Shown here: positions 9,798 through 21,385 of the stretch, one piece after another
Position numbering within the stretch: the stretch's first letter is position 1
Layout: the number at the start of each line of letters is the position of its first letter
Assembly: GCA_018674495.1 (NCBI GenBank)
Contig: JABHAA010000147.1
Location: 24,111 to 88,110, forward strand
Length of the DNA: 64,000 nucleotides
Source of the DNA: Rhodospirillaceae bacterium
Lineage (GTDB): Bacteria > Pseudomonadota > Alphaproteobacteria > Rhodospirillales > UBA2165
Direction of reading: 5' to 3'
Position numbers and translations under genes: made by a program
The notes under the pieces: generated by a model
Seen by the model: only the letters and a program-made list of their open reading frames with translations
What the model was told of the DNA's origin: nothing
Databases searched by the model: none

Positions 9798-12149
9798 ATG
9801 GACGCTCGAACACCCGAAACAGATCAAGTGGACGATGGACCGCTGACCGAAGCCGAGATCAGTCTGGTTCAAGACACCTTCGCAATGGTGGAGCCAATCG
9901 CCGATGATGCGGCGGCCATGTTCTATGGCCGCTTGTTTGAAATCGATCCCGAATTGCGGCGCCTGTTCAAGGACGACCTCGCCTCCCAACGCAAAGCCCT
10001 GATGGCGACATTGAAAGTTGCCGTGAAAGGGCTGAACAATCTACCCGCTATCGTCCCGGCGGTGAAACAGTTGGGCGCACGCCACGCCGGATATGGCGTC
10101 CAAAGCAAGGATTACGACAGTGTCGGCGCCGCGCTTTTATGGACCCTCGAAGAGGGCCTTGGCGAGGCATTTACCGACGAAGTCAAAGCGGCCTGGACCA
10201 CGGTTTACGGACTGCTTGCCGAGACCATGATCGAAGCCGCCCAAGCGGCTCCGGAAACCACACCAGAGATCGAAACCGATCAAATTCATATTGAGGAGAG
10301 TGAAATGCTGCAGACAGCAACTGAGGGAACAAACCAACACGAGCAGATGGTCGAAGGAATGCCCATCAATGTGATGCTTTGCGAATTGTCGAATTTGGAA
10401 ATCACTTACGCCAATAAGGCCAGCATTGATACCTTGCGGACGCTCGAACATCTGCTGCCCTGCAAGGCTGATGATATGGTCGGCCAATGCATCGATATCT
10501 TCCACCAGAACCCGGCGCATCAACGGAGCCTTCTGGCCGATCCCACCAACTTGCCACATTCGGCGATAATCACCATCGGCGACGAGAAGCTGGATCTGTT
10601 GGTGACCGCGCTCTATGACGAATCCGGAACCTACAACGCAGCGATGCTGACCTGGTCCGTGGTCACCCAGAAAGTGCATAGGGACGAAGAAGCCGCCCGC
10701 CTCACTCAGATGGTCGAAAACATGCCCATCAACGTGATGATGTGCAATAACGAAACCCTGGAAATCACCTACGCCAACAAGGCCAGCATCGACACCTTGC
10801 GCACGCTCGAGCATTTGCTGCCCTGCAAGGCAGACGATCTGGTTGGACAATGCATCGACATCTTCCACGCAAACCCGGCCCATCAACGCAAACTTCTTAG
10901 CGATCCGGCCAATCTGCCTCATTCGGCGATTATCGAGCTCGGCGGCGAAAAGCTGGACCTTCTGGTCAGCGCCATCACCGATAACGAGGGCAACTATATT
11001 TCTGCCATGCTGAGCTGGTCGGTGGTCACCGCAAAAGTGAAACAGGAAGCCGAAACTGCGCGCCTCATGCAAATGCTTGAGAGCATGCCGATCAATGTCA
11101 TGATGTGCGACTTGGATGAATTCCAAATCACCTATGCCAACAAGACCAGCATCGAAACCTTGACGCCGCTTGAGAGCCTGCTGCCCTGCAAGGTATCGGA
11201 TATGGTCGGGCAAAGCATCGACATCTTCCACAAGATGCCGCAGCATCAGAGAACGCTCTTATCCGATCCCAGCAACCTGCCCTTTTCGACGCGCATTAGC
11301 CTGGGCGATGAAACCCTGGCACTCAACGTGACGGCGATCAATGATATCGACGGCAATTACATGGCGCCAATGCTGGTCTGGTCGGTGGTTTCTGGTCAGG
11401 TACGCCTCGCCGATAATTTCGAAAGCAACGTCAAAGGCGTTGTCGAAAGCGTCGCCGGCTCGTCGACCGAAATGCAGGCGACCGCCGAAACCATGGCGGC
11501 GGCTGCCGAGGAAGCCTCATCGCAATCGACGGCGGTTGCGGCGGCTACCGAGCAGCTCTCCAAATCGATCGAGGAGATATCCGGTCAAGTGGCCCGCTCC
11601 ACGCAGATTTCGCAAGACGCCGTTATCGAGGCACAACGCTCCAACGAGCAGGTGCAAGGTCTCGCCGATGCGTCCCAGAAGATCGGCGACGTGGTCTCCC
11701 TGATCAACGATATCGCCAGCCAGACCAACCTGTTGGCGCTCAACGCCACCATCGAAGCGGCACGGGCCGGCGATGCGGGCAAAGGCTTCGCGGTGGTTGC
11801 CTCAGAGGTGAAAAACCTGGCCAACCAGACGGCCAAGGCGACCGACGAAATCGCGACGCAAATCGGGGGCATCCAGACCGCCACCCAGTCAGCGGTAGGA
11901 TCGATCGAAGGCATCACCAAGACGATCAACGAGATCTCGGAGATTGCCACCGCCATCGCCGGCGCCGTGGAAGAGCAAAGCGCCGCCACCGGCGAAGTGT
12001 CTTCCAACATTAACGGCGTGACCACCGCATCGGCGGAAACCGGCCAGGCCGCAAGCGAAGTTCTCACGGCGGCGCGTGAGCTCTCCGAGCAATCGGAAAG
12101 CCTCGGCACGGAAGTTGATGGCTTCCTGGTTGAAGTGCGGGCCATGTAA
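9798..12149 (+). CDS. Soluble methyl-accepting chemotaxis protein: N-terminal globin, three tandem PAS-like domains, MCP signalling domain
   Basis: The globin region reads [17 protein letters not shown]...GARHAGYGV...[14 protein letters not shown]. Three ~121-aa repeats each begin MPINVM. The C-terminus carries the highly conserved MCP hairpin [33 protein letters not shown] see no hydrophobic transmembrane segments. Confidence 0.9.
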   Translation: MDARTPETDQVDDGPLTEAEISLVQDTFAMVEPIADDAAAMFYGRLFEIDPELRRLFKDDLASQRKALMATLKVAVKGLNNLPAIVPAVKQLGARHAGYGVQSKDYDSVGAALLWTLEEGLGEAFTDEVKAAWTTVYGLLAETMIEAAQAAPETTPEIETDQIHIEESEMLQTATEGTNQHEQMVEGMPINVMLCELSNLEITYANKASIDTLRTLEHLLPCKADDMVGQCIDIFHQNPAHQRSLLADPTNLPHSAIITIGDEKLDLLVTALYDESGTYNAAMLTWSVVTQKVHRDEEAARLTQMVENMPINVMMCNNETLEITYANKASIDTLRTLEHLLPCKADDLVGQCIDIFHANPAHQRKLLSDPANLPHSAIIELGGEKLDLLVSAITDNEGNYISAMLSWSVVTAKVKQEAETARLMQMLESMPINVMMCDLDEFQITYANKTSIETLTPLESLLPCKVSDMVGQSIDIFHKMPQHQRTLLSDPSNLPFSTRISLGDETLALNVTAINDIDGNYMAPMLVWSVVSGQVRLADNFESNVKGVVESVAGSSTEMQATAETMAAAAEEASSQSTAVAAATEQLSKSIEEISGQVARSTQISQDAVIEAQRSNEQVQGLADASQKIGDVVSLINDIASQTNLLALNATIEAARAGDAGKGFAVVASEVKNLANQTAKATDEIATQIGGIQTATQSAVGSIEGITKTINEISEIATAIAGAVEEQSAATGEVSSNINGVTTASAETGQAASEVLTAARELSEQSESLGTEVDGFLVEVRAM
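10359..11447 (+). repeat. Three in-frame tandem repeats of 363 bp (PAS-like modules) inside the chemoreceptor gene
   Basis: The ATG CC(C/G) ATC AA(T/C) GTG ATG units begin at 10359, 10722 and 11085, an exact 363-bp period. Copies 1 and 2 are about 80% identical at protein level by eye. Copy 3 is more diverged. Confidence 0.85.
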
Positions 12150-12186
12150 TTCCCAGAATGAGCACTGTCATACGTCACAAACTAAA

Positions 12187-12209
12187 CGGCCCTTCGGGGC
12201 CGTTTTTTT
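12187..12209 (+). terminator. Rho-independent terminator after the chemoreceptor gene
   Basis: CGGCCC-TTCG-GGGCCG hairpin followed by TTTTTTT. Confidence 0.8.
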
Positions 12210-12274
12210 GTGTCAAACGCACCATTTGGCAAATGAAGCTTCAACATTACGAAAATTAGGGCTAGTTATAGCTG

Positions 12275-13393
12275 ATGGGACAACGGGGGAATAATCCGGT
12301 GCACACCAATCAGCACCGAAACAAGCGGCGGCGGACCCAATTCGGACCGGCCCGCAATTTCAAGCAACGCCTTTATGGCGCACTTGATCTGGGGACCAAC
12401 AATTGCCGCTTGCTGATCGCCCGCCCGGTGGGTTTCGGGTTTCGTGTAACCGCGTCTTTTTCAAGGGTCGTGCGTTTGGGTGAGGGACTGAGTGCATCCG
12501 GGCGCTTAAGCGATACCGCCATGGACCGCACCATCCAGGCACTAGCCATCTGCGCCGCCAAATTAAAGGATCTGGGCGTCGCTTCCAGCCGCAACATCAC
12601 TACCGAGGCCTGCCGGCGTGCCGACAATTGCAATAGTTTCATCGAAAAAATCGATCAGCAAACCGGCCTCGCGTTCGAGACCATTTCCTACCGGGAGGAG
12701 GCGCGCCTTGCCTTGCTTGGTTGCCAAAGTCTGCTGACCGACGGCCTGCCATACGCCCTGGTATTCGATATCGGCGGCGGCTCCACCGAATTAACCTGGG
12801 CGCGGCGCAACGAGGTCAACGGCTTTGACATCATCGACGTTTTGTCGCTCCCCTTCGGCGTCGTTACCCTGGCCGAGGAATGTGATCCTCCGGAGATTGA
12901 TTGCGGCGCCTACCAAAAAATGGTCGCCCATATTCAAGACCAATTGCCAGATTTTTGTGATCGCAACAAGATCCGCCAGGAAGTTTCGGCCGGGAGCGTT
13001 CAGATGCTGGGAACATCAGGCACGGTGACCACCCTTGGCGCCGTGCATCTGAAACTGCCGCGCTATTCTAGGTCCTTGATCGATGGGTTGGAGATCGATT
13101 TTGAGGCCCTCGAGGCGGCGACGGCGATGCTGTCCAGCCTGGATTTTGAGCGCCGCGCCGAAGTGCCCTGCATCGGCGCCGAGCGGGCCGAGTTGGTAAT
13201 CCCAGGCTGCGCGATATTAGAGGCGATCCGCAAATGCTGGCCGGTGGGCAAGTTGAGCGTCGCTGACCGGGGCCTGCGCGAAGGCATCCTGATGGAACTG
13301 ATGGCCGCCGATGGCGAGCCGATCGTCGGCAATCCGGCGGAACGCGCCCAGATGGATGCGAAGCCGGGCCCCAGTCAGAACGAAACCCAGTGA
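12275..13393 (+). CDS. ppx: Ppx/GppA-family phosphatase (exopolyphosphatase / guanosine pentaphosphate phosphohydrolase)
   Basis: ASKHA-fold phosphate-1 motif ALDLGTNNCRLLIA and the FDIGGGSTEL motif. Overlaps rlmE by 4 bp. Confidence 0.8.
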   Translation: MGQRGNNPVHTNQHRNKRRRTQFGPARNFKQRLYGALDLGTNNCRLLIARPVGFGFRVTASFSRVVRLGEGLSASGRLSDTAMDRTIQALAICAAKLKDLGVASSRNITTEACRRADNCNSFIEKIDQQTGLAFETISYREEARLALLGCQSLLTDGLPYALVFDIGGGSTELTWARRNEVNGFDIIDVLSLPFGVVTLAEECDPPEIDCGAYQKMVAHIQDQLPDFCDRNKIRQEVSAGSVQMLGTSGTVTTLGAVHLKLPRYSRSLIDGLEIDFEALEAATAMLSSLDFERRAEVPCIGAERAELVIPGCAILEAIRKCWPVGKLSVADRGLREGILMELMAADGEPIVGNPAERAQMDAKPGPSQNETQ

Positions 13394-14091
13394 CCCGCCG
13401 TCACGCCAAGGCACGGCCCGGACGCGGCGCCCATGTTCGCGTCAAAACCGCCAAGGGCCGCAAATTATCTTCAACCCTTTGGTTGCAGCGCCAATTGAAC
13501 GATCCCTATGTGGAAGCGGCAACCCGCGAAGGCTACCGCAGCCGCGCTGCCTACAAGCTGGCCGAGCTGGATGAGCGATTCAAGTTTTTGAAGAAGGGCA
13601 TCAAGGTTATCGATCTCGGCGCTGCGCCGGGTGGCTGGACCCAGGTGATCGCTACCGCCATCGGCTCCAAGAACCGCTCCACCGGCGGGCGCGTCGTTGC
13701 CATCGATACCCAGCCCATGGACCCGATCGAGGGCGCCGAATTGCTGACCTTGGATTTTCTCGATGACGGCGCGCCGGAAACCATCATGGCAAGTCTCGGC
13801 GGGCCGGCCGATGCGGTGTTGTCGGACATGGCGCCGCGCATGACCGGACACGCCAAAACCGATCATTTACGCATCATGGCCCTGGCCGAGGCGGCCTTTG
13901 CATTTGCCACCGAAGTGCTGGCGCCGGGCGGTGTATTCGTCGCCAAGGTGTTACAGGGCGGCACCGAGAAAGATCTGCTGACCGAAATGAAAACCTGCTT
14001 TGCCACCGTGCGGCACGCCAAACCGCCCGCAAGCCGCTCCGATTCGTCCGAAATATATGTGGTGGCAATTGGGTTTCGGGGTGCCGGTTAG
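13390..14091 (+). CDS. rlmE: 23S rRNA (uridine2552-2'-O)-methyltransferase RlmE (FtsJ/RrmJ)
   Basis: WLQRQLNDPYV...GYRSRAAYKLAELD N-terminus. SAM motif DLGAAPGGW. Confidence 0.85.
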   Translation: MTRRHAKARPGRGAHVRVKTAKGRKLSSTLWLQRQLNDPYVEAATREGYRSRAAYKLAELDERFKFLKKGIKVIDLGAAPGGWTQVIATAIGSKNRSTGGRVVAIDTQPMDPIEGAELLTLDFLDDGAPETIMASLGGPADAVLSDMAPRMTGHAKTDHLRIMALAEAAFAFATEVLAPGGVFVAKVLQGGTEKDLLTEMKTCFATVRHAKPPASRSDSSEIYVVAIGFRGAG

Positions 14092-14117
14092 GCGCTTTTT
14101 CCTCTGATTTCAGTTGA

Positions 14118-15671
<1,554 letters not shown>

Positions 15672-15677
15672 GCGCCC

Positions 15678-16985
15678 ATGACACCAGCCGCGCGCGTTGC
15701 AGCCGCCATTGAGGTTCTTGAGAAGACGCAGGTCTCCAACTCGCCCGCCGATGAGGTGATATCCGCCTATTTCCGGAGCCGGCGCTATATCGGCTCCAAG
15801 GACCGGCGCGATATTTCTGGGCGCATCTACGCCATCCAGCGCGCCCAGGCCCGCCTTTCGTGGTGGACCGGATCGGCCGAGCCTCGCACCAACGTCATCG
15901 CCCATCTCGCCCTCGCCGATCAGTTGCCGGCGCCCGATATCGAAAAACTATATTCCGGCGAAGGCTATGGCCCGCCCGGCCTGTCAGCGGAAGAGAGGGC
16001 GCTATTGCAAAAGCTGGCCGGCAAATCCCTGGACGATCCGGCCATGGCGGACGCCGACCGGCTGGAAGTGCCGGTCTGGCTGATGGAGCAGTTGGAAAAG
16101 CAGTTCGGCGGCAATATCGACGCCGAACTGGCCGCCCTTAATCAGCCGGCAAGCCTCGATCTCCGGGTCAATTTGTTGAAGGGCGATTGCGCCCGCGCTC
16201 TCGAGCTGCTGACCCAGGAGGGCATCGAAGCTGAGCCCACAAACCTGTCGCCCATGGGCCTACGCATCAAGGCGCGGGTCAATCTGCACACCACCACCGC
16301 CTTCAAAGGCGGCTTTGTCGAGCCCCAGGACGAGGCCTCGCAAATCGCCGCGCTTTTATGCGCCGCACGGGCCGATCAATTGACCATCGATTATTGCGCG
16401 GGCGCCGGCGGCAAGACCCTGGCGCTGGCCGCGTCCATGAAAGACGGCGGCCCGTTGATCGCGTGCGATACCGATCCGAACCGCCTCCGCCGTATCAAGC
16501 CGCGCCTCAAACGGGCCGGCGTTTCCAACGTCACGGTCAAATGCACCGAAGGCGACGAGGGCCGCGCCTGGCTGGACCGTTATAAAGGCCTGGCTGCGCG
16601 GGTGCTGGTGGATGCGCCCTGCACAGGGTCCGGCGCTTGGCGGCGCAATCCGGCGGCCAAATGGTCGTTGACGACGGAGCGGCTTGACCAGTATTTGCAG
16701 AGCCAGAAAGACATCCTCGCCGCCGCGGCGCCCCTGGTTGCCCCCGGCGGGCGCCTGATTTACGCCACCTGTTCGGTGTTGCCGGTCGAAAACGAAACGC
16801 AAATTTCGGCGTTTCTGGACGCCCACCCCGATTTTAAACCCCTCCCCGTCAATCAGGTTTGGGCGGACAATATTGGCGGCCCGTGCCCCATCGTCGACGC
16901 TGGCGCGCCTTATCTCCGCCTCAGCCCGGCCAGCAATGGCACAGACGGCTTTTTTGTCGGAATATTGGAACGGGGCGCCGAGTGA
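15678..16985 (+). CDS. rsmB: RsmB/Sun-family RNA (cytosine-C5)-methyltransferase
   Basis: SAM motif DYCAGAGGKT. Catalytic Cys motifs DAPCTGSG and YATCS. Confidence 0.8.
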   Translation: MTPAARVAAAIEVLEKTQVSNSPADEVISAYFRSRRYIGSKDRRDISGRIYAIQRAQARLSWWTGSAEPRTNVIAHLALADQLPAPDIEKLYSGEGYGPPGLSAEERALLQKLAGKSLDDPAMADADRLEVPVWLMEQLEKQFGGNIDAELAALNQPASLDLRVNLLKGDCARALELLTQEGIEAEPTNLSPMGLRIKARVNLHTTTAFKGGFVEPQDEASQIAALLCAARADQLTIDYCAGAGGKTLALAASMKDGGPLIACDTDPNRLRRIKPRLKRAGVSNVTVKCTEGDEGRAWLDRYKGLAARVLVDAPCTGSGAWRRNPAAKWSLTTERLDQYLQSQKDILAAAAPLVAPGGRLIYATCSVLPVENETQISAFLDAHPDFKPLPVNQVWADNIGGPCPIVDAGAPYLRLSPASNGTDGFFVGILERGAE

Positions 16986-17533
16986 CCAAAATCCGCGCCG
17001 CGGTTCAGGCCGACGCCCTGGCGATCGCCGATATCTATGTGGAAACCTGGCGTTCCACCTATGCCGGCACCCTGCCCGACAAGGTCCTGGTCAATATGTC
17101 GGTGGAGCGCCAGGTGGTCTATTGGACCCGGGCCATCCAGCAATCGCAAGAAATCGTACTGGTCGCCGAGGAGGCCGACGGCTTGGTGACCGCCATGGGC
17201 TCAGGCGGTGCCAACCGGGACCGGAGCAGCGATATCGCCGGCGAAGTTTATACCCTCTATGTGCATCCCGATCATCACGAGCGCGGTATCGGCGAACGAT
17301 TACTGGCGCATTTGTTTTATGAATTGATGGGCCGCTCGATGATGTCGGCGGTGATCTGGGTGCTGGCGCCCAATCCGGCGCGGTTTTTCTATGAAGCCAT
17401 GGGCGGCGCGCGCACCGGTGACCGGAACGAGGAACTTTGGGGCACCACCTTGAAGGAGCTGGCCTATGTATGGACCGATTTGAGCAATTGCCTGACCCTG
17501 GGGCGCCCCGGGATCGACCGTGTCATCGTCTAA
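16982..17533 (+). CDS. GNAT-family N-acetyltransferase
   Basis: The GTG start overlaps the rsmB stop (GTGA). HHERGIGERLL matches GNAT motif A. The longer track ORF (16859) overlaps rsmB out of frame, so I rejected it. Confidence 0.75.
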   Translation: MTKIRAAVQADALAIADIYVETWRSTYAGTLPDKVLVNMSVERQVVYWTRAIQQSQEIVLVAEEADGLVTAMGSGGANRDRSSDIAGEVYTLYVHPDHHERGIGERLLAHLFYELMGRSMMSAVIWVLAPNPARFFYEAMGGARTGDRNEELWGTTLKELAYVWTDLSNCLTLGRPGIDRVIV

Positions 17534-17608
17534 CCGGCCCCCCTTTCCAATGGGCCCCAACTCGACTATTAGTGCGGCCAAGCCACTTCGGGATTGAAAC
17601 CTAAACCA

Positions 17609-19165
17609 ATGCCTTCCGTCGAAAAAATTCTGATCATTGATTTTGGATCGCAAGTGACCCAACTGATCGCCCGGCGAGTGCGCGAAGCCGGCGTCTATTC
17701 CGAAATTCATCCCTTCAATAAGGTGACGCCCGAAAGCCTCGCCGCCTTCCAGCCCAAAGCCATCATCCTTTCCGGCGGGCCGGCATCGGTCAAAGAGATC
17801 GATCCGCCCCGGGTGCCGGACGCGGTATTCGATCTCGGCGTTCCCGTGCTTGGCATCTGCTACGGCCAGCAGGCCATGGTCGAACAGCTTGGCGGCAAGG
17901 TGGAAACCTCCGAGCAGCGGGAATTCGGCCGTGCCATGGTCGATATCGCGGGCGACTGCGCCCTGTTCGACGGCGTCTGGGAAGTTGGGGCACGCGAACA
18001 GGTATGGATGAGCCACGGCGACCGGGTCGATGCCTTGCCCGGTGGCTTTCACGCCGTCGGCGTCTCCGAAGGCGCACCTTTCGCCGCCATCGCCGACGAT
18101 ACGCGCCGTTTCTATGGCGTGCAGTTCCATCCCGAGGTCGTGCATACCCCGGACGGCGCACGGCTATTGCAGAATTTCACCCACGAAGTGGCGGGCTGCG
18201 GCGGCGACTGGACGATGGCGTCGTTCAAGGATCAGGCTATCGCAGCAGCGCGGGCGCAGGTGGGCAAGGGGCGCGTCATATGTGGGCTGTCCGGCGGCGT
18301 CGATTCCTCCGTTGTCGCGGTCTTGTTGCACGAAGCCATCGGCGATCAGCTCGTTTGCGTCTTTGTCGATACCGGCATGATGCGCATGGGCGAGGCCGAA
18401 GAGGTGGTTGGCTTGTTCCGCGATCACTACAACATTCCGCTGGTGCACAGAAACGCGGCGGATTTGTTCATCGGCAAGCTGGACGGCATTTCCGATCCCG
18501 AACAAAAACGCAAAATCATTGGCGCCACCTTTATCGACGTGTTCGAGGAAGAGGCCGAAAATGCCGGCGGCGCCGATTTCCTGGCGCAAGGCACCCTTTA
18601 TCCTGATGTGATCGAATCCGTATCATTCTTCGGCGGCCCCAGCGTTACCATCAAATCCCACCACAATGTGGGCGGATTGCCGGAACGCATGAATATGGAT
18701 CTGGTCGAGCCGTTGCGCGAATTGTTCAAAGACGAAGTGCGCGCCTTGGGCCGGGAATTGGGCCTGCCGGACAGTTTCGTCGGTCGCCACCCATTTCCAG
18801 GCCCCGGCCTCGCCATCCGCCTGCCCGGCGGCATCACGGCTGAGAAACTCGATATTCTTCGTAAAGCAGACGCCATATATCTCGAAGAAATTCGCTCGAC
18901 CGGCCTTTACGATGAAATCTGGCAGGCCTTTGCGGTTTTGTTGCCGGTGCAGACGGTGGGCGTCATGGGCGATGCGCGCACCTATGACTTTGTTTGCGCA
19001 TTGCGCGCCGTCAATTCCACCGACGGTATGACCGCCGATTTCTATCCCTTCGACATGGATTTCATCGGCCGCGTCGCCAACCGCATCATCAACGAAGTGA
19101 ACGGTATCAACCGGGTTGTCTACGACATTACCTCGAAGCCTCCGGGCACCATCGAGTGGGAATAA
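17609..19165 (+). CDS. guaA: GMP synthase (glutamine-hydrolysing)
   Basis: GATase-1 domain (GICYGQQ, and H..E in VQFHPEV). ATP-pyrophosphatase P-loop SGGVDSS. C-terminus PPGTIEWE. Confidence 0.95.
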   Translation: MPSVEKILIIDFGSQVTQLIARRVREAGVYSEIHPFNKVTPESLAAFQPKAIILSGGPASVKEIDPPRVPDAVFDLGVPVLGICYGQQAMVEQLGGKVETSEQREFGRAMVDIAGDCALFDGVWEVGAREQVWMSHGDRVDALPGGFHAVGVSEGAPFAAIADDTRRFYGVQFHPEVVHTPDGARLLQNFTHEVAGCGGDWTMASFKDQAIAAARAQVGKGRVICGLSGGVDSSVVAVLLHEAIGDQLVCVFVDTGMMRMGEAEEVVGLFRDHYNIPLVHRNAADLFIGKLDGISDPEQKRKIIGATFIDVFEEEAENAGGADFLAQGTLYPDVIESVSFFGGPSVTIKSHHNVGGLPERMNMDLVEPLRELFKDEVRALGRELGLPDSFVGRHPFPGPGLAIRLPGGITAEKLDILRKADAIYLEEIRSTGLYDEIWQAFAVLLPVQTVGVMGDARTYDFVCALRAVNSTDGMTADFYPFDMDFIGRVANRIINEVNGINRVVYDITSKPPGTIEWE

Positions 19166-19316
19166 TGGTTGCTCTCTGCCGGCATTATGGGTTTCCGCAA
19201 TTCGCCGTTTACGGGCGCGCGGCTAGTATTTCACTAAATTCCAGAGCGTAGATTGCTTGACCCGTAACCAAGTGTGGTTAATGATCACCAAATATAGTGA
19301 TTGAGGGACGCTGGTT

Positions 19317-20015
19317 TTGACGCTTTCGCAGGAACAAAAACGGACACTCCTTTCGGAGCATTTTCTTCTTCGGCATATGTCCGAAGCGGACCTTGATGCG
19401 CTGGCGGAGCACACGTTGATCAAATCCTTCGCCGCCGATGAGATCATCTTCAAGCGCGATGACATCGCCGACGAAATGATGGTGATCATCGAGGGCAAGG
19501 TTCAGATATCCTCGCCGGCCAAAACCTCCGACAAGGTTATTTTTGCGGCGATGATGCCCGGTGATGTATTCGGCGAAATGTCGCTGGTCGATGGTCACAC
19601 CCGCTCGGCCGACGCAACCGCACTGGAGCCGACAAAGATCCTGGCGCTCGAGCGTCCCTCCTTCGCCAAGATTTTGGAGGGGAATGCCCAGCTTTGCCTC
19701 GACCTGTTGAAGGTCATGAGCATGCGGCTTCGCCATACCAATGAGTTGTTGGAAGATTTTACAATTCTCGATTTGCGCCGGCGGCTGGCCAAGCGGCTCA
19801 GCTATTTGAGTCAGGAAACCGGCACTGGCACCGGCGGCATGAAAATGTCGGTGCGCATTTCCCAAGGCGAGTTGATCGCCATGATGGGGGTCTCCGAAGA
19901 CGCCATCGCCAAGCAGCTCAACCTTTGGGATCAGACCGAGCTGATCAATATTGACGGCGGGATCACGGTCGAGAACCCGGGCGCTCTCAAAAAAATCATC
20001 GAAGACAGCTATTAG
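19317..20015 (+). CDS. Crp/Fnr-family transcriptional regulator (cyclic-nucleotide-binding domain plus HTH)
   Basis: cNMP-binding signature GDVFGEMSL...RSADA. C-terminal HTH region (ISQGELIAMMGVSEDAIAKQL). No N-terminal Fnr-type Cys cluster. The TTG start is uncertain. Confidence 0.75.
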   Translation: MTLSQEQKRTLLSEHFLLRHMSEADLDALAEHTLIKSFAADEIIFKRDDIADEMMVIIEGKVQISSPAKTSDKVIFAAMMPGDVFGEMSLVDGHTRSADATALEPTKILALERPSFAKILEGNAQLCLDLLKVMSMRLRHTNELLEDFTILDLRRRLAKRLSYLSQETGTGTGGMKMSVRISQGELIAMMGVSEDAIAKQLNLWDQTELINIDGGITVENPGALKKIIEDSY

Positions 20016-20911
20016 AATTTGGCGGTGGCGTTTCTCTGAGCGCCCGCCACTTCGCGGCGTTCGCGCTGGGCGATATAGACCACCGCGCCGATGATGATGA
20101 TGCCGCCAAGAATGGTGGAAACGGTGGGCACTTCGGCGAAGAACACAAAACCCAAAATCGCCGCCCACACCAGTTTCAGGAAATTGACCGGCTCAATGAC
20201 GCCAAAATCGGCGAACTTTATGGACCAGGCGCCGAATAATTGCTGCAAGGTTCCGATCAAGCCCATGGCTGCCAGCCAAAGCCATTGTTCCAGGCTTGGG
20301 GTCTCCCAGAACAACCAGGCCGTCGGCAGGGTATAGAGCATGGTCAGGGAATTGTGCCAGAAAACCAGGACGACGGGCGAATCCACGCGGGTGACAATTT
20401 TGTTGCATAGCCGCGCCGCCGCCATGCCCGCCGATACCACAACAATCGCCAGCATCGGCCCAGTGACTTCCTGAAACCCTGGCTTCAGCACCACCAGCAT
20501 GCCGGCGAAGCCAACGATCAGAGCCAACCAGCGCCAAAGCACCGAAGCTTCGCCAAGAAACAGGATTGCGCCAACCAGGGTAAACAAGGACGATGCGTAG
20601 CCAATGGCGGTCAGATCGGCGAACGGCACCTTGGGCAGCGCCCAAAACCAGACAATCAGCGCGGCGGCGAACAATCCGGCGCGAACTGCCTGCAAGACCG
20701 GCATACGGGACGAGACCCGGCGTAACCCACCGCCCCGGAAGGCGGCCGGCAGAAAGCTTGCAAAACTGAACAGGCTATAGAGAAAAACCACCACGAACGG
20801 CGACAATTCGCCGCCCAGCTTCTTACCGACAACGCCCAGCAAGATCACCAGTATGGATGAAACCACAGCCAGCATAATCCCGGCGATATTGCGGTTGCGC
20901 ATTTCGGTCAT
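20012..20911 (-). CDS. DMT-superfamily (EamA-like) transporter
   Basis: About 10 hydrophobic segments and an internal two-fold repeat. Start placed at MTEMRNRN; the track ORF extends to 20989. Confidence 0.75.
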   Translation of the reverse strand: MTEMRNRNIAGIMLAVVSSILVILLGVVGKKLGGELSPFVVVFLYSLFSFASFLPAAFRGGGLRRVSSRMPVLQAVRAGLFAAALIVWFWALPKVPFADLTAIGYASSLFTLVGAILFLGEASVLWRWLALIVGFAGMLVVLKPGFQEVTGPMLAIVVVSAGMAAARLCNKIVTRVDSPVVLVFWHNSLTMLYTLPTAWLFWETPSLEQWLWLAAMGLIGTLQQLFGAWSIKFADFGVIEPVNFLKLVWAAILGFVFFAEVPTVSTILGGIIIIGAVVYIAQRERREVAGAQRNATAKF

Positions 20912-21034
20912 GAAAGTGTTTCGCAAACCTTGAGTTGGATAAAGATGGGCGCGGCGAACATAACGCTCGCCAGCCGCCATTTCATCCACTAAATAGGGCC
21001 ACCAACGCCAATATTATTTCAGGAGAGAACACCA

Positions 21035-21355
21035 ATGTCCGACCAAATCACCGCGTCCCACATTCTTGTCGGCCACGCCGAAGCCAGCAGCGCCTCCACC
21101 GGCCTCAGCCGCGAGGATGCGCTGGCCCAAATCGAAACCATCAAATCCGAGATCTCCGGCGGCGCCAGCTTCGCCGATCAGGCCACCGAGCACTCCGATT
21201 GCCCGTCGTCGTCCAAGGGTGGCGATCTGGGATCGTTCGGCCCCGGCGCCATGGTGCCTGAATTCGACACCGCCGCATTTGAACTGGAAGTTGGCGAGAT
21301 CAGCGATGTTGTGGAAACCGACTTCGGCTTTCATTTGATCAACCGCACTAGCTAA
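21035..21355 (+). CDS. Parvulin-type peptidyl-prolyl cis-trans isomerase (PpiC-like)
   Basis: ASHILV...DCPSSSKGGDLG.F..G.MV.EFD...F....G..S..V.T.FGFHLI pattern. 106 aa. Confidence 0.8.
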   Translation: MSDQITASHILVGHAEASSASTGLSREDALAQIETIKSEISGGASFADQATEHSDCPSSSKGGDLGSFGPGAMVPEFDTAAFELEVGEISDVVETDFGFHLINRTS

Positions 21356-21385
21356 CACTGTTCCAGCGCTTGGCCGCGCCGCGCC

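Noticed and set aside
9364-9800. tRNA-Gln as a possible integration site for a genomic island or prophage
   Set aside because: No integrase, no direct repeat of the tRNA 3' end and no phage-like genes occur on either side. The flanking genes are ordinary chromosomal genes.
16859-16981. N-terminal extension of the GNAT gene (track ORF starting at 16859)
   Set aside because: It overlaps the 3' end of rsmB out of frame with Arg/Pro-rich sequence. The GTG at 16982 overlaps the rsmB stop (GTGA) and starts the conserved acetyltransferase fold.
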